Shown here piece by piece: positions 13,187-27,101 of a stretch of 64,000 bases of DNA; positions within the stretch are counted from its first letter, which is position 1, and the number at the start of each line of letters is the position of its first letter. The position numbers and the translations under genes were made by a program. Origin of the DNA: Octopus vulgaris (lineage: Eukaryota); NCBI GenBank assembly GCA_951406725.2, contig OX597831.1, forward strand, positions 36,766,001-36,830,000. The letters run 5' to 3'. A model generated the notes under the pieces. The model was not told the origin of the DNA, made no database searches, and saw nothing but the letters and a program-made list of their open reading frames with translations.

Positions 13187-13566
13187 TATGAGCGTGTGTG
13201 AGTATATATGAATGTATGTATGTTTGTATGTATGTATGTATGTATGTATGTATGTATGTTTGTAGGTATGTATTTATGTATTATATATGTATGCATGTAC
13301 GTATTGTATGTATGTATTGTATGTATGTATGTATGTGTAGTGAACGAAAGAGTTTCAGTATTTCAATAAAAAGAATTACAACTTTTTCGATTAGAATTTT
13401 ACTTCCTAGTGTAAGTGCATATTTTAGCATATATTAACATACATTAAACTGTTTCTGAAAGTTTTATAACGACTTATTTCTTAGTAATTCAATTTTTTCT
13501 TAGGGCAAAAGAAAAGTGCAAGAAAAATTGAATAAAAAAAGAATATAGACATATTTCAAATAACAA

Positions 13567-13648
<82 letters not shown>

Positions 13649-13920
13649 CTATATATCTATCTATCTATCTATATATCTATCAATCTATCTCTTCCCCCTC
13701 TCTGTTTATCGATAACAAAACAAGAGAGATTGTTCATAAGATATTTAGTTACAGCATCTCATGTACATTTCATTAACATACGGAGATCATTAGCTACGTC
13801 ATGCAAGGTGCATAATCTAAATTCGATATCAAATCATCAGAGATGTGTACCTTTTATATGTATCATGAATGGGCTGACATGACGACAAAATTCACCATTG
13901 TGGTATGCAACTTTATGTAT

Positions 13921-13980
<60 letters not shown>

Positions 13981-13993
13981 ATTTATATACATG

Positions 13994-14213
13994 TACGAGG
14001 GGTGCTGCAAAGTTCCTGACTTTGGGCAAAAAATAATACTGGCAAATCAGCTAATTATGATTTTATTCAACATATTTCCCCCTCAGATTCCCTCACTTAT
14101 TGTAGCAATCCTTCAGTTTTTCTAAACCCAGTAAAAGAACTCAAAAGATTGGGCCTCCAGCCAGGCCTTTCATGATACCCTTAAAGCCAGGAACTTTTCA
14201 GCACCCCCTCATA
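13994..14213. mobile_element. Mariner-type MITE
   Basis: TA-flanked ~28-bp TIRs cgaggggtgctgcaaagttcctgacttt / aaagccaggaacttttcagcaccccctca. Confidence 0.85.
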
Positions 14214-14230
14214 TATATCTATTAATATGT

Positions 14231-14840
14231 AGGCACAGGTATAGCTGCGTGGTAAGAAGTATGCTGTCCTAAAGCGGCGAGCTGGCAGAAACGTTAGCAC
14301 GCCGGGCGAAATGCTTAGCGGTATTCCGTCTGCCATTATGTTCTGAGTTCAAATTCCGCCGAGGTTAACTTTGCCTTTCATCCTTTCAGGGTTGATTAAA
14401 TAAGTACCAGTTATGCACTGGGGTTGATATAATCGACTTAATCCGTTTGTCTGTCCTTGTTTGTCCTCTCTGCGTTTAACCCCTTGTGGGTAGTAAAGAA
14501 ATAGGTATTTCGTCTGCTGTTACATTCTGAGTTCAAATTCTGCTGAGTTGACGTTGCCTTTCATCCTTTCGGGGTTGATTAAATAAGTACCAGTTACACA
14601 CTGGGGTCGATGTAATCGACTTAATCCGTTTGTATGTCCTTGTTTTTCCCTTCTATGTTTAGCCCCTTGTGGGCAATAAAGAAATAAAAATAAAGAAATG
14701 AGAAGTATGCTTCCCAAATGCATGTTTCTGGGTTCGGTTCTACGGCACTGTGCTTTGAGCAAGTGTTTTCTGCTATAGACCCAGGTTGACCAAAACCTTT
14801 TGAGTGGATTTGGTGGGCATAAACTGAAAGAAGCCCAGTG
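14231..14840 (+). mobile_element. SINE A (5' part) interrupted by a SINE B dimer
   Basis: TSD agaagtatgct at 14255-14265 and 14701-14711. Confidence 0.8.
14272..14700 (+). mobile_element. SINE family B tandem dimer (Nin/Deu domain)
   Basis: B box GAGTTCAAATTCC; gaggt..actttgcctttcatcctttcggggt.ga..aaataagtaccag resembles the Nin/Deu conserved domain. Confidence 0.85.
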
Positions 14841-15048
14841 TATTGGACTTTGATACTGAAAATGCCTACAACCTTCTATGTCAGATAAAACTGTTATTGC
14901 TCCTGAAAGTTATCTTTTTATACCAACCATGGATTGTTCAAAGCATACTAACTTCCTACATCTAGATCCTTGGATCTTACAATTACATATCATTGTATAT
15001 AACATCATCATCATCATCACAACCACCATCACAACCACCACAACCACC

Positions 15049-15063
<15 letters not shown>

Positions 15064-15080
<17 letters not shown>

Positions 15081-15240
15081 TTTAACATCTGTTGCACTTG
15101 CTGGTATAGGTTGGACGGTTTGACCAGAGCTGGGGAACTGTACCAGACTCCAGTCTCATCTATTGGGTTTCTATGGGTGGATGCCCTTCCTAACACCAAC
15201 CAATTTACAGAGTGTGCTGGGTGCTTTTTGTGGTACCACA
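15064..15240 (-). mobile_element. Family E fragment
   Basis: (CAT)n followed by ggatgcccttcctaacaccaacca. Confidence 0.75.
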
Positions 15241-15376
15241 TGAGCTATTTTACATCGCACCACATGCCACTGCATGGGCGTGTGTGTATTTGTGTGTCTG
15301 TGTCTGTGCATGTACATGTGTGTTATTGTCTCTTGGCCTTGACATCACCTGATAGTTGGAATCAAATGTCTTCATA

Positions 15377-15527
15377 CATTATTTACATTATTTACATTTG
15401 ACGGATATTTGTCCTCATCTTGTTTGTTGTTAACGCAACATTTTGGCTGATATACCCTCCAGCCTTCATCAGGTGTCTTGGGGAAATTTCAAACCTGGGT
15501 TCTCATTCCTAAGGTATTTTTCAATGC

Positions 15528-15569
<42 letters not shown>

Positions 15570-15653
15570 CATTATTATTTTTAATATTATTATTCAGGTC
15601 ACTGTCTGGAATCAAACTGGGAATTTTGGGGTTAGTAGCCCATGCTCTTAACC
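15377..15653 (-). mobile_element. Family D single arm with hammerhead motif (GAAA mutated to AAAA)
   Basis: Reverse complement gacac CTGATGA aggctg..cagcc AAAA tgtt gcgtt; tRNA-like head at 15597-15653. Confidence 0.75.
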
Positions 15654-15965
15654 TGGTACCATGCTGGTGCTATGTAAAGGCACCTTTACCAGATCCACAT
15701 AAAAAGTACCTGTGCTGGAGTATCATAAAGAAAGCACTCCTGTTTGTGCCACATAAAAGGCACCCTGACAGTGCCATGTAAAAGCACCCAGTACACTCTG
15801 TAATGTTGTTGGCGTTAGGAAGGGCATCTAACCATCGAAATCATATCGAAACAGACAACTGGAGACTGGTGTGGTTCCCCTCCATCTTGCTAGCTCCCAC
15901 CAAACCATCAAACCCATGCCAGCATGGAAAACCGATGTTAAGTAATGATGATGATGATGATGATG
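15652..15965 (+). mobile_element. Family E fragment
   Basis: ttggcgttaggaagggcatc; (GAT)n tail. Confidence 0.75.
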
Positions 15966-16205
15966 GGAGAAGAAGAAAGAGAAAGAGGTGGGGAGGAAGA
16001 GGGGGAAGGGAAATGGAGGAAGAAGAAGAAGAAGAAGAATGATGATGATGATGATGATGATGATGAAGAAGAAGAAGAAGAAGAAGGAGATGATGATGAT
16101 GAAGAAGAAGAAGAAGATGATGATGATGATGAAAAAGAAGAAGATGATGATGATGATGATGAAGAAGAAGAAGAAGAAGAAGAAGAAGAAGAAGAAGAAG
16201 AAGAA
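15944..16205. repeat. Compound (GAT)n/(GAA)n microsatellite
   Basis: Alternating blocks seen directly. Confidence 0.95.
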
Positions 16206-16229
16206 CCATTGTTACATTCTAATTCTTTT

Positions 16230-16634
16230 TTTTTCTTTTGCTTGTTTCAGTCATTTGACTGCGGACATGCTGGAGCACCACATTTAGTCGAGCAAATCGA
16301 CCCCGGGATTTATTCTTTGTAAGCCCAGTACTTATTCTATCAGTCTCGTTTTGCCGAACCGCTAAGTGACGGGGACGTAAACACACCAGCATCGGTTGTC
16401 AAGCGATGGTGGGGGGGCAACAAACACAGATACACAAACACACACATACATACAAATACATATATATATACATATATATGACAGGCTTCTTTCAGTTTCC
16501 GTCTACCAAATCCACTCACAAGGTATTGGTCAGCCCAAGGCTATAGCAGAAGACACTTGCCCAAGATGCCATGCAGTGGGACTGAACCCAGAACCATGTG
16601 GTTGGTAAGCAAGCTACTTACCACACAGCCACTC
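16230..16634 (-). mobile_element. SINE family A, near full length
   Basis: Collinear with other family A copies. Confidence 0.9.
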
Positions 16635-16976
16635 AATCATGTTTTTGCAATCCAAGAACAAGGTTTAAGTCTAAATTGATCCTGATAGGATTTGAACTCA
16701 AAACGTTTTGAATTAGAATAAATACTGCAAGACATTCTGTCCAACACATGAACCAATTGCCAAGTCACAACCTTAAATCACTCGTGACGAATACAATAAA
16801 ATGTTAGGCTAATTTTTTTTGCTTTAAGTAACCAATAAGTTCCCACCCAAATTTTTTTTTTAAATGAGCTTCTTTGGCGTCAGTCATTCTGGCAGTTTTA
16901 TAAGGAGAATGCAGCGAATGTAATTTCATTGGAAACACTAAAATCAAAATAGATACCATGAATAAATCTAGTTCAG

Positions 16977-17017
<41 letters not shown>

Positions 17018-17151
17018 CACATGCGTGTGTATATGTATAGATATAAATATAGATGTGTACATACATACATGCATATATACATATAAGAATACATATATGC
17101 ATATACATGCATATACATATATATATGTATATACGTGTGTGTGTATATATT

Positions 17152-17213
<62 letters not shown>

Positions 17214-17246
17214 GATGGAATATTATTCCAAACTTATATTTACATA

Positions 17247-17292
<46 letters not shown>

Positions 17293-18108
17293 CATATATA
17301 TACATGTATACATATATATACATATATATACATGTATCATCATCATCATCATCATCATCATCATTTAAAGCGGACGTTAAATGATGATGATGATGATGAT
17401 ACATGTATATATACATATTTATATATGTGTGTGTGTGTGTATTTATTTATTTGCATATATGTATATATGCATACACAAACATACACACACACACACATAT
17501 AAATATATATATAGGATCTTAGTCACTGTTTAAGCCTTGATTATAAAGGGAAACACTACTTCTGAATGGTTCTAACATTCGCTGCAATGTTTTTTTAATC
17601 GTTTTTTTTTGTTAATTCATTCTCTTAAAGTCTGATTGCTAGTGATTTAAACTCAGCTTATTCATAGCTCTCACGTGACCAGTTATTTAGCATAAAGTCA
17701 GGTAATATAGTTAATTAAACTAGCTGAACTATATTAGATTTTGTTGATTCTGTTTTGGGCATCCTGTCTTATTGGTTTGTCAAAGAATACCACAAGGTTT
17801 AGGCAGTCGTTTTGGTGAATAAAAACCTAAAAAAAGTCACAATAAAAGTTACATTTTCATTAAAGTACAATAAAAATATCTAGTATAGGCACAGAGCCAG
17901 TTTTTTTTTCTTTTGATGCTGTGCAAAGTGAGAGTATTTGGATAAAATTTGTGCCAGGACATGTTTGGTAATTTATCGTATTAACCCTAGAAAAAAACAA
18001 AAGTACTATAAATTTCAGTAGGATTTGAACCCAGAACATAAAGGTCTATAACTAAATACAATATGGCATTTTGTGAGATGTGTTTGGCTTCATAAATTGT
18101 TTGATATA

Positions 18109-18500
18109 GGTGTAGGCATGGCTGGTGTGGTAAGAAATTTGCTTCTCAACCACACGTTTCCAGATTCTGTCTCACTATGTGATGCTTTGGGTGTCTTTTA
18201 CTGTAGCCTCAGGCCAACCAAAACTTTGTGAGTGGATTTTGTTGATAGAAACTGAAAGAAACCTGTTGTATATATGTATGTGTGTGTGAGTGTCTTTGTG
18301 TTTGTGATTGTCTGTCACTACTGCTTGACATCCGTTGCTAGTGTGTTTACGTCTGCATAACTTGGCAGTTTGGCAAAAGTGATCAACAGAGTAAGTCCCA
18401 GGCTTAAAATAGTAAATATTAAAGTTGATTTGTTCAACTAGAATTCCTCAATGTGTTGCCCTAGCATGGCTGCAGACAGATGACTGAAAAAAATAAAAGA
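18109..18500 (+). mobile_element. SINE family A, diverged
   Basis: Collinear, older copy. Confidence 0.8.
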
Positions 18501-19096
18501 TACAAGTTATCTCAGGTTGTGTCATGCTGATGATTTCTAAAAAAGAATGAAATAGTGCTAAATGAGACTGCCATTGGTTTTAAATTTTCAGAAATTTGTA
18601 ATAAGTAAGCAACAACAGCAACAAAAATAAGAAGAAAGAAATTTATTGTTTATATTGTCTGAATCTTTTTCTTTATTCCTTAATTTTAAATTCAAACTTC
18701 TTATCCACCAAATATTATCAAGAAATGATTATCTCCCTTAGATTAACCGTCCACTAATAGATATTACTTAATTAAGTGGTATGGTCAATTTATTATAGAG
18801 AATACATGACTTTAACACAATGACCATGTCAACACAGTTTTATTTTATGACATTATATGTAAAAAAAAAATGATCATGCTTTATTCAATATCTTAATTAT
18901 TAGAATTAAATCTGCAAATTATTAAAAGTTTTCAGAAACTGTTGCAGTAACTCTTTTTCAACCATTATTTTCCTTGAATTTATATTCTAAATAAAAAAAT
19001 GAGAACACCAAGCAAATCACAAAATTAAACTGGACAATTATAATAAATTACATCAATCTCAGTTGACCTCCAATGGATGAAATGTAATATTGATCC

Positions 19097-19425
19097 TGGA
19101 TACCCATGCTGGTGACACGTAAAGAGCACCGTCCGAACATAGCAGATGCCAGCACTGCCTGACTGGTGTCCGTGTTGGTGACACATAAAAGCACCAACCG
19201 ATCGTGGCCGTTTGCCAGCCTCCTCTGGCCCTTGTGCTGGTGACACATAAAAAACACCCACTACATTTACAGAGTGGTTGGCATTAGGAAGAACATCCAG
19301 CTGTAGAAACACTGCCAGATCAGACTGGAGCCTGGTGCAGCCTCCTGGCTTCCCAGACCCCGGTTGAACCGTCCAACCCATGCTAGCATGGAAAACGGTC
19401 GTTAAATGATGATGATGATGATGAT
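19097..19425 (+). mobile_element. Family E copy
   Basis: Same motifs as 5680-6177. Confidence 0.85.
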
Positions 19426-20600
19426 GGAATTTGAACTGATATTGTGAAAACTTAACAGAAATATAATAAAGCATTTTTCCGATGGCACCTTTAAATATTA
19501 TGATCAAATACAAAGAAACCCAAAGGTATCAGAACTATAAAAGAATTGTTCTCCAAGGTACAGTCCACACCCTTGGAAAAACACTGTCAACCTGAGAATA
19601 TTTGAATTAAAAAAATAAACTTTGAAAATTGTATATATTAATTCTCAGTATTTGGCCTCCTTTTCCTGAAATTTATCACGAACATTCACAAATATGAAGG
19701 CACATGGACTAGGGATCATGATTTTAATTCCTAGACTGGTTGGTGCATTGCACTCTTGAGCACAGCACTTCATCTCATGTTGCTCTATGATCACTTCAGC
19801 ACCAGATGCAAGGTACATCATGCATCTTTTCAGACAACATCGATTTGATGGAGAGAGTAAGCACAGTGAGCACATGGCACAAACATTTGATCAATGTAAA
19901 GAAATCATTTGTGCAGGTCGATTGGCCCATACCTGCATCATCTTCGATGGAAGAGTCCATCATCATTCACAGATAACACTCACTGTAAAACGTCTAGTAT
20001 GCTGTTTCTTGGGATTTCTTGGTGAGGTTTGGAACAGCTTACCACAGGGCCGGATTAAGAGCCATAGAGGCCCTAAGCGCTTAAATGATTTTGGTGCCCA
20101 CATATATACGTAATTCAAAATATAAACAATAATAAACAATAGACTAAATTTTTATTTTTTTTAATTAAACAAAACTAGAAAATAATGTGTATTTTGGTAT
20201 AATTGTACTTTATTTAAATTTGAAAAGCTTCCTCCTATTTTTTATTAATTGCAAAGCTTTTCATCAGATCCTCACTTCAACACCACTAACACTTTGAAAT
20301 TATATTCTCTATCATATAAACCATTTCTGTTATTATTTGAGCAAGTTTAAGGTGATTTCTTTTGTGCCATAAACCTTTTACTGTTTCTGTGATTCTCCTC
20401 TTCCCTTGATGTCCTAAGCACATACTTATTGTGCTCAATGGTTAATCCATCATTGAGCTTATTTATTACAAAACAACAGGCGTATGTCCACAAATTTGAG
20501 TGGACCAAGTTCAGCTGAAACTATCAATCTCAGTAACTGACTGGTAGACAACATTGGAAGGATGAAATGTAAATATTTTCTAAAGAACCATCACAGAGAC

Positions 20601-21646
20601 AATATAAATCTGTAGATTAAGGCAGCAAGCTGGCAGAAATGTTAGCATGCTGGGCGAAATGCTTAGCGGTATTTCATCTGTCTTTTCATCTGCTGAGGTC
20701 AACTTTGCCTTTCATCCTTTTGGGGTCGATAAATTAAGTACCAGTTGCATACAGGGGCCATCGCCTGGCCCCACTCTCCAAAAATTTCAGGCTTTTTGCC
20801 TAGAGTAGAAAAGAATATAAATCTTTAGATTGATATGAAATATGAAAATAATGGAAGGAAACATTTAGGTGTGATGGCCATGTTATTTCCAAGGACATTA
20901 GCAATGTAGATGTCATTCCAGCCCAGTATCAGAAACTTGGCTTCTGTTTTCAAAAATTAATATGCCGAGCGAAATTCTTAGCGGTATTTCATCTGTCTTT
21001 ACATTCTGAGTTCAAATTCTGCCGAGGTCAACTTTGCCTTTCATCCTTTCGGGGTTGATAAATTATGTACCAGTTGCATACCGGGGCCGATCTAATTGCC
21101 TAGCCCCACTCTCTAAAAACTTCAGGCCTCGTGTCTAGAGTAGAAAAGAATATAAATCTTTAGATTGATATGAAATATGAAAATAATGGAAGGAAACATT
21201 TAGGTGTGATGGCCATGTTATTTCCAAGGACATTAGCAATGTAGATGTTCCAAATCAGAATCAGAATCTTGGCTTCTGTTTTCAAAGATTAATATGTCGA
21301 GCGAAATTCTTAGCGGTATTTCATCTGTCTTTACATTCTGAGTTCAAATTCTGCTGAGATCAACTTTGCCTTTCATCCTTTCGGAGTCGATAAATTAAGT
21401 ACCAGTTGCATACTGGGGCCGATCTAATCGCCTAGCCCTGCTCTCTAAATATTTCTCTAAAAATTGCTCTCTAAAAATTTAGGCCATGTGCCTAAAGTAG
21501 AAAAGAATATAAATCTTTAGATTGATATGAAATATGAAAATAATGGAAGGAAAACATTCAGGTGTGGTGGCCATGTTATTTCCAAGGACATTAGCAATGT
21601 AGTTGTTGTTCCAAACCAGAATCAGAATCTTGGCTTCTGTTTTCAA
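20601..21646 (+). repeat. Three tandem ~340-bp units of SINE B plus flank
   Basis: gatatgaaatatgaaaataatggaaggaaacatt...cttggcttctgttttcaaa occurs three times. Confidence 0.9.
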
Positions 21647-22096
21647 ACATTATTCTACAGCAGGAAAGGAATCCTAGCAATCTATACTGTTCCTTCATCT
21701 TTCTCAACAATGATAATATATTGAAATTACTATCATCTTTAATTGGAAAATATCAAAGTTTTATAGTGTTGCTGTTTCAGTTTGTTCTTTTCATAGAAAA
21801 TTATATTAAGTTAAAGTATTGTAATTATATTTAGGTAAGTTTGTACAAAAGAGTGTAGTTGTGTGCGTTTGATCATGTATATTCTGATTGTATGTGCGAG
21901 TGTGTATGCGTGTAAGTATGTGCGTGCGTGTATGTGCACGCCTGTCTGTCTTGTATATGTATAAAAGCAAATAAATTTGTGGGTAATTTTGCTGTCAAAA
22001 TTTAGATTTAATTTGTCTTTCCTGTAACATCTAAATGGTGTACAACCAACAAACAAACACAAAATGATTATATATATTTTTGGAGCCTGCGTGTAA

Positions 22097-22134
<38 letters not shown>

Positions 22135-22394
22135 ATGTGCGGGGTACAGGGTAGGGAGAGAACTTATTATCTGACAGAGAAAAATAGCTGGAGGTAGGGT
22201 GTAATAAGCATAAAATTATGCTAAACAGTGCCAAAGAAATTATAGGTAAACATATAAACATTGGTGTAAGGTTTTTTATCTTTCTTTTTTTTTTTATTAT
22301 ATTTTATTTTGCCCAGAGGTGTGCAGAAGCAAGGAAATGGTGGATTGTGAAAATAAGTAAATAAATAAAATAGATAAATACATCATCACTGTCG

Positions 22395-22435
<41 letters not shown>

Positions 22436-22899
22436 GTAGTCATTGTCATCACCATCATCATCTTCACCACTACCACCATCACATCACCAATGCCACCATA
22501 AAACATAAAAGAAATAAAAACAGAAATTTAAAATCTTTGAAAAAAAATCAAATGGTTTCACAATAATTGTGAAAGGATGAAGATTTTCTTTCATTTCTTC
22601 ATCATTTTTTTTTCTCTACCTTTATTTTCAGTGTTTTTCTTATATTTAAATATTTCTCAAAAGGAAGAACAAATTAGAGATAGAGTAATTTTATTTCAAA
22701 TCTTAAGTCTAGAAAATAAAATAGCTTCAAATGATGTTTATTTGTTTAATTTTGATAATTATTTTTCTTTCCTGTAAAATAACATAAAATGAAAGACCTA
22801 GTTCTTAATTAGTCATGGGACTAAAAGCTGGTTGGGATGAATGGTTTGTTAGACAAGTACAACAACCAGACGAGGTTATTAAAATCATTTGTGTGTTAC

Positions 22900-23520
22900 A
22901 CTAAATGCCTTGTGGACGTGTGTTCCAGATCTTTACATTCTGATTTCAAGTCCTGCTGAGGTCAACTTTGCTTTTATTCCTGCCGAGGATGATAAAATAA
23001 AGCACCAGGCGAGCTGGCAGAATGGTTAGCATGCCGGGCAAAATGCTTTGTGGTATTTCATCTGTCTTTGTGTTCTGAGTTCAAATTCTGCTGAGGTTGA
23101 CTATGTGTTTCATCCTTTCAGGGTCGATTAAATAAGTACCAGTTATGCACTGGGGTCGATGTAATCAACTTAACGACTTAATCCCTTTGTCGGTCCTTGT
23201 TTGTCCCCTCTAGGTTTTGCCCCTTGTGGGCAATAAATAAACCACCAGCTGAATACAGGAGTTAATGGGATCCAATGAGCCCCCTCCCCTCAAAATCAAT
23301 GGCCTTGTACCTAAATCAAGAATTATCATTTAAAGTGGTTTACTGAGAGAATCATAAGGGAAAAAAATTACTCATGATATTTGTTCCAGCTAAGTTCAAA
23401 TCCTACTAGGATCAATTTTGCTTTTCATTCAATCCTCTGAAGTTCTATAAAATTATGGCCAATCACTGGGGTTGATGGAATTGACTGACCCCCTCCCCTC
23501 AAAATTACTGGTTTGTACTT
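22900..23520 (+). mobile_element. Cluster of SINE B copies and fragments
   Basis: Repeated tctgagttcaaat..gaggtcaactttg motifs. Confidence 0.75.
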
Positions 23521-23532
23521 AAATCAGAAATT

Positions 23533-23942
23533 CATCATCGTCATCATCATCATTATTAACATTTTTTAACATCCATTGTCCATGCTGGCATGAGTTGGAT
23601 GGTTTCACCAGAGCTGGCAAGCTGGGGAGCTGCACCAAACTCCAGTCTGATTTATCATGGTTTGTACAGCTGGATGCCCTTTTCAGTGTGTGCTGGGTGC
23701 TTTTACATAGCACTGCAAGAGTGCTTTTACCAGGTGTCGCATGGTCCCTTCTACATGGTATCACACAACTGCTTTTATGTGGCACCCCCACAAATGCTTT
23801 GCACCCCCAGAAAGAACACTTCTGCTGTGGAGTACGGTCTTCGTGGGTACAGCAAGGCACCAGACATCTCAGTCCTTTGTCATATTGCCTGAAAGGTTCA
23901 GTGTCCTGAGGTCGTTCTTCAGTACTTCATCCCATGTCTCCC
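23533..23942 (-). mobile_element. Family E copy retaining the RTE ORF C-terminus
   Basis: Reverse complement of 23830-23940 reads ETWDEVLKNDLRTLNLSGNMTKD*DVW, an RTE-type C-terminus, linking family E to RTE LINEs. Confidence 0.75.
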
Positions 23943-24252
23943 ACTTCTACACACCCCATCTTTGATTATTAAATTAAGGACATTCGAGTATCAGCAAAAA
24001 ATTTCTGATCAGTTTTTATAAATTCTGAGTTCAGATTCTACTGAGGTCACCTTTACCTTTCATCTCTACAAAGCTCAACAAACTAAAGAACCAGTCAAGT
24101 AATGGGGTCGATGGAAATTCCCTGAGCCCTTCCTGCTAAAATGACTCACCTTGTGCCTTAATTGGAAACAATTATTATTTAAGGGCAGTGTGCTGGCAGA
24201 ATCTTTAGAATGTTGAAAAAAATTCTTTACCTATTTAATAAAAACTGGATAA

Positions 24253-24495
24253 GGCATAGGAGTGGCTGTGTGGTAAGTAGCTTGTTTACCAACCACATGG
24301 TTCCGGGTTGAGTCACACTGTGTGGCACCTTGGGCAAGTGTCTTCTACTATAGCCTCGAGTCGACCAAAGTCTTGTGAGTGGATTTGGTAGATGGAAACT
24401 GAAAGAAACCTGTTGTATATATATATGTGTGTGTGTGTGTATATGTGTGTATATGTTTGTGCATCTGTATTTGTCCCCCCAACATCGCTTGACAA
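24253..24495 (+). mobile_element. SINE family A, 3'-truncated
   Basis: ggcaccttgggcaagtgtc core. Confidence 0.85.
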
Positions 24496-24625
24496 TGTAT
24501 ATGTATATGTGTGTGTGTGTATACACACACACACACACATATTTATATATATATATATACTAGCTGAAGGTGACCTGCTCTACGCGCGGGTAAGAGTGTG
24601 GGTGTTACTTTCTGTTGCTTCCTTT

Positions 24626-24937
24626 CAGCACGTAAAAAGCACCATCCGAACGTGGCCGATTGCAGCACCGCCTTGACTTGCTTCTGTGCTGGTGGCACGT
24701 AAAAAGCACCAACCGATCATTGCCACTGCGAGCCCCCCTGGCACCAGTGCCCTCGGCTTGAAAAAAGCACTCACTACACTCACAGTGTGGTTGGCGTTAG
24801 GAAGGTCATCCACCTGTAGAAACACTGCCAGATCAGACTGGAGCCTGGTGCAGCCTCCTGGCTTCCGAGACCCGGTCACACTGCCCAACCCGTGCTAGCA
24901 CGGAAAACGGACATTAAACGATGATGATGATGATGAT
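24626..24937 (+). mobile_element. Family E copy inside the Helitron
   Basis: Same motifs as other family E copies. Confidence 0.85.
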
Positions 24938-25934
24938 TCTCCGTATTTGTTTCTCTCTCCTTTCTCTCTCACTTTCCCACTCTCTTACTTTTCTTTTCTC
25001 TCTGACTCTCCCTCGCTTTCTCTTACTCTCTATCTTTATCTATCTCTCTCCCATTTATAAACAACAGAAGATCTTGAGTAAGTTGAGAAATAAAATATTT
25101 AGAAAGATCAATCAGAAATATGAGGCAGTGGCAATGGAAAGGTCTGCTTCAAGGCAGACAGCAAAACGCTAACATTCAAAAGGGACAGACGAACTTGCGA
25201 GCTGAATAAAAATAATAAAATATTGGAAACCAAAGTTTGAAGGGATAGAATCTGAGGATAGTAGAGTCACCATGGCTGGCATTTGTTAACGACGGACAGA
25301 AACGTAGTGACAGTTTAACGGCTGGCGTAAAATTTTGAACTTGATGTAAAAGAAAATTCGTAAACACCAATTTTTGAAGTGATTCTTTCTCACGACAGTA
25401 GACTCACCATGGCAAGCATTCAAAACTTCTTTATCATGGACGGCAACACATTGACGATTAAAAGGCTGGCGCAAATTTTTTAGCTTGATGCAACAGAGAA
25501 TTCCTAAACACCCGCTCTTTGAAATTTTAATCCCCTTCCAGCCCCATTTAGACCCCTTTTCACATTTTGGTTAATATAACCCAATTTCATTCGGGTGTTC
25601 TGTGGCCACATTTCATAAGATGAGGAATTTTGTCCTAGAGGTGACGCCTTTCATTTGAGGAACAAAATAGTTGTGATGCAAACTTGTCAGCACCTTTAAC
25701 ATAGGTGTGCATATTTTCAGGTGAATCGACCGACTACGTAATGCACACATATATATATGTGTATATATATATGTGTGTGTGTGTGTGTGTGCACGCATTA
25801 TATATACAAATGTATACAAATGAGATATATATCTGTATAAATTAAATTAGAGATAAAACCACTAATAGGCAAATCAAACAGTGAAAAACCAAAAACAAAA
25901 ACATAAAAAAAGAAAATATAACATAGAAAATATA

Positions 25935-26950
25935 TCTATATATATAAAACTGTAGTTGTGTGAGTGTCTGTCCCCTTCGATTTAGATTCCTAACTACTCC
26001 CAACTTTTGCGGTGCAGTTTAACCAAATTCGGGTATCTTATAGTCGGGATTCATATCGAGCCCGCCTGGGTATTAGCGCGCGTCTACGATGAGTGTACGA
26101 TTTTAAAAATAATTTAACATCATTTTTTATTCCATTTTAATGCATAAAATGCATCGTGTGTCGATGGCGGCGGAGTTGGCGTCCACGCTCACGCCTGCAC
26201 CTGTGTTGCTTCTCCCCCTTCTTCCCTCCCTCGTGAAGCTGTGGGGAAGGGAGTGTAAGGAAATCAACGTCGTAATGCGTTGTGAAGGAGACCAGCGTTC
26301 TTTTAGAACAACGACTTCATGGCTTGAAGTCGCCAAAACAGAAATCGCTAAAAAAGCTGAAACAGATCCACAAAAACGGCAAAAACCGCCACACAGGGCA
26401 GGTTTCCTGTGCAAACAATTTGCACAACCGAATGTTTTAGTTGTTGCACAAATCTTTATATATAAAAGTAAGGTTGTGTGTCTGTTACGATTTAGATTCC
26501 TAACTACTCCCACATTTTGCGGTGCAGTGTAACCAAAACCGGGTATCTTATAGTTGTGATTCATATCGAGCCCTTCTGGGTATTAGCGCGCGTCTACGAT
26601 GAGTCTACGATTTTAAAAAAAATTTACCATAATTTTTTATTCCATTTTAATGCATTTTTCGCTATTATATAAGGGAAGTAACTCTCTAAAAATGTCTACG
26701 ATGAGTCAACGATTAAAAAAAAAATTACCATCATTTTTTTATTCCATTTTAATGCATTTTTCGCTATTATATAAGGGAAGTAACTCTGTAAAAATGTCTA
26801 CGATGAGTCAACGATTTAAAAAAGAAATTACTATCATTTTTTATTCCATCTTTAATGCATTTTTTGCTATTTTTTTTGCTATTACTCACTAAAAATGCTT
26901 ATATAGTTATTTTCCTTACAAATCCGAGCAACGCCGGGCGATACTGCTAG
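25935..26950 (+). mobile_element. Non-autonomous Helitron with intact termini
   Basis: A|TCTATATATATAAAAC ... ccgagcaacgccggg hairpin ... CTAG|T, no TSD; second head at ~26453 and ~100-bp internal repeats. Confidence 0.9.
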
Positions 26951-27101
26951 TAAAATATAAAATTGAAAACTTTAAATTATTTAAATTGAAAATAAAAATT
27001 ATGAAATTATATTTATAATTTGTTTAAAAATATATATAACTATGAAAATGTATGAAAAAGTTTAATATATATAAATACAGATATATACACTTTGTATATA
27101 T

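Noticed and set aside
12786-13437. Many YI/HT/CV-rich ORFs here and throughout the ORF track
   Set aside because: They are translations of (TA)n, (CA)n and (CATA)n microsatellites, which lack stops in several frames.
15841-16322. Poly-D/E, poly-K/M and poly-L/H ORFs (also 35809-36397 and 62202-62540)
   Set aside because: Trinucleotide microsatellites, here grown from a LINE (GAT)n tail, with no splice or domain context.
26127-26564. Overlapping 130-145 aa ORFs on both strands
   Set aside because: They lie inside a non-autonomous Helitron, with no recognisable domain or Rep/helicase motif.
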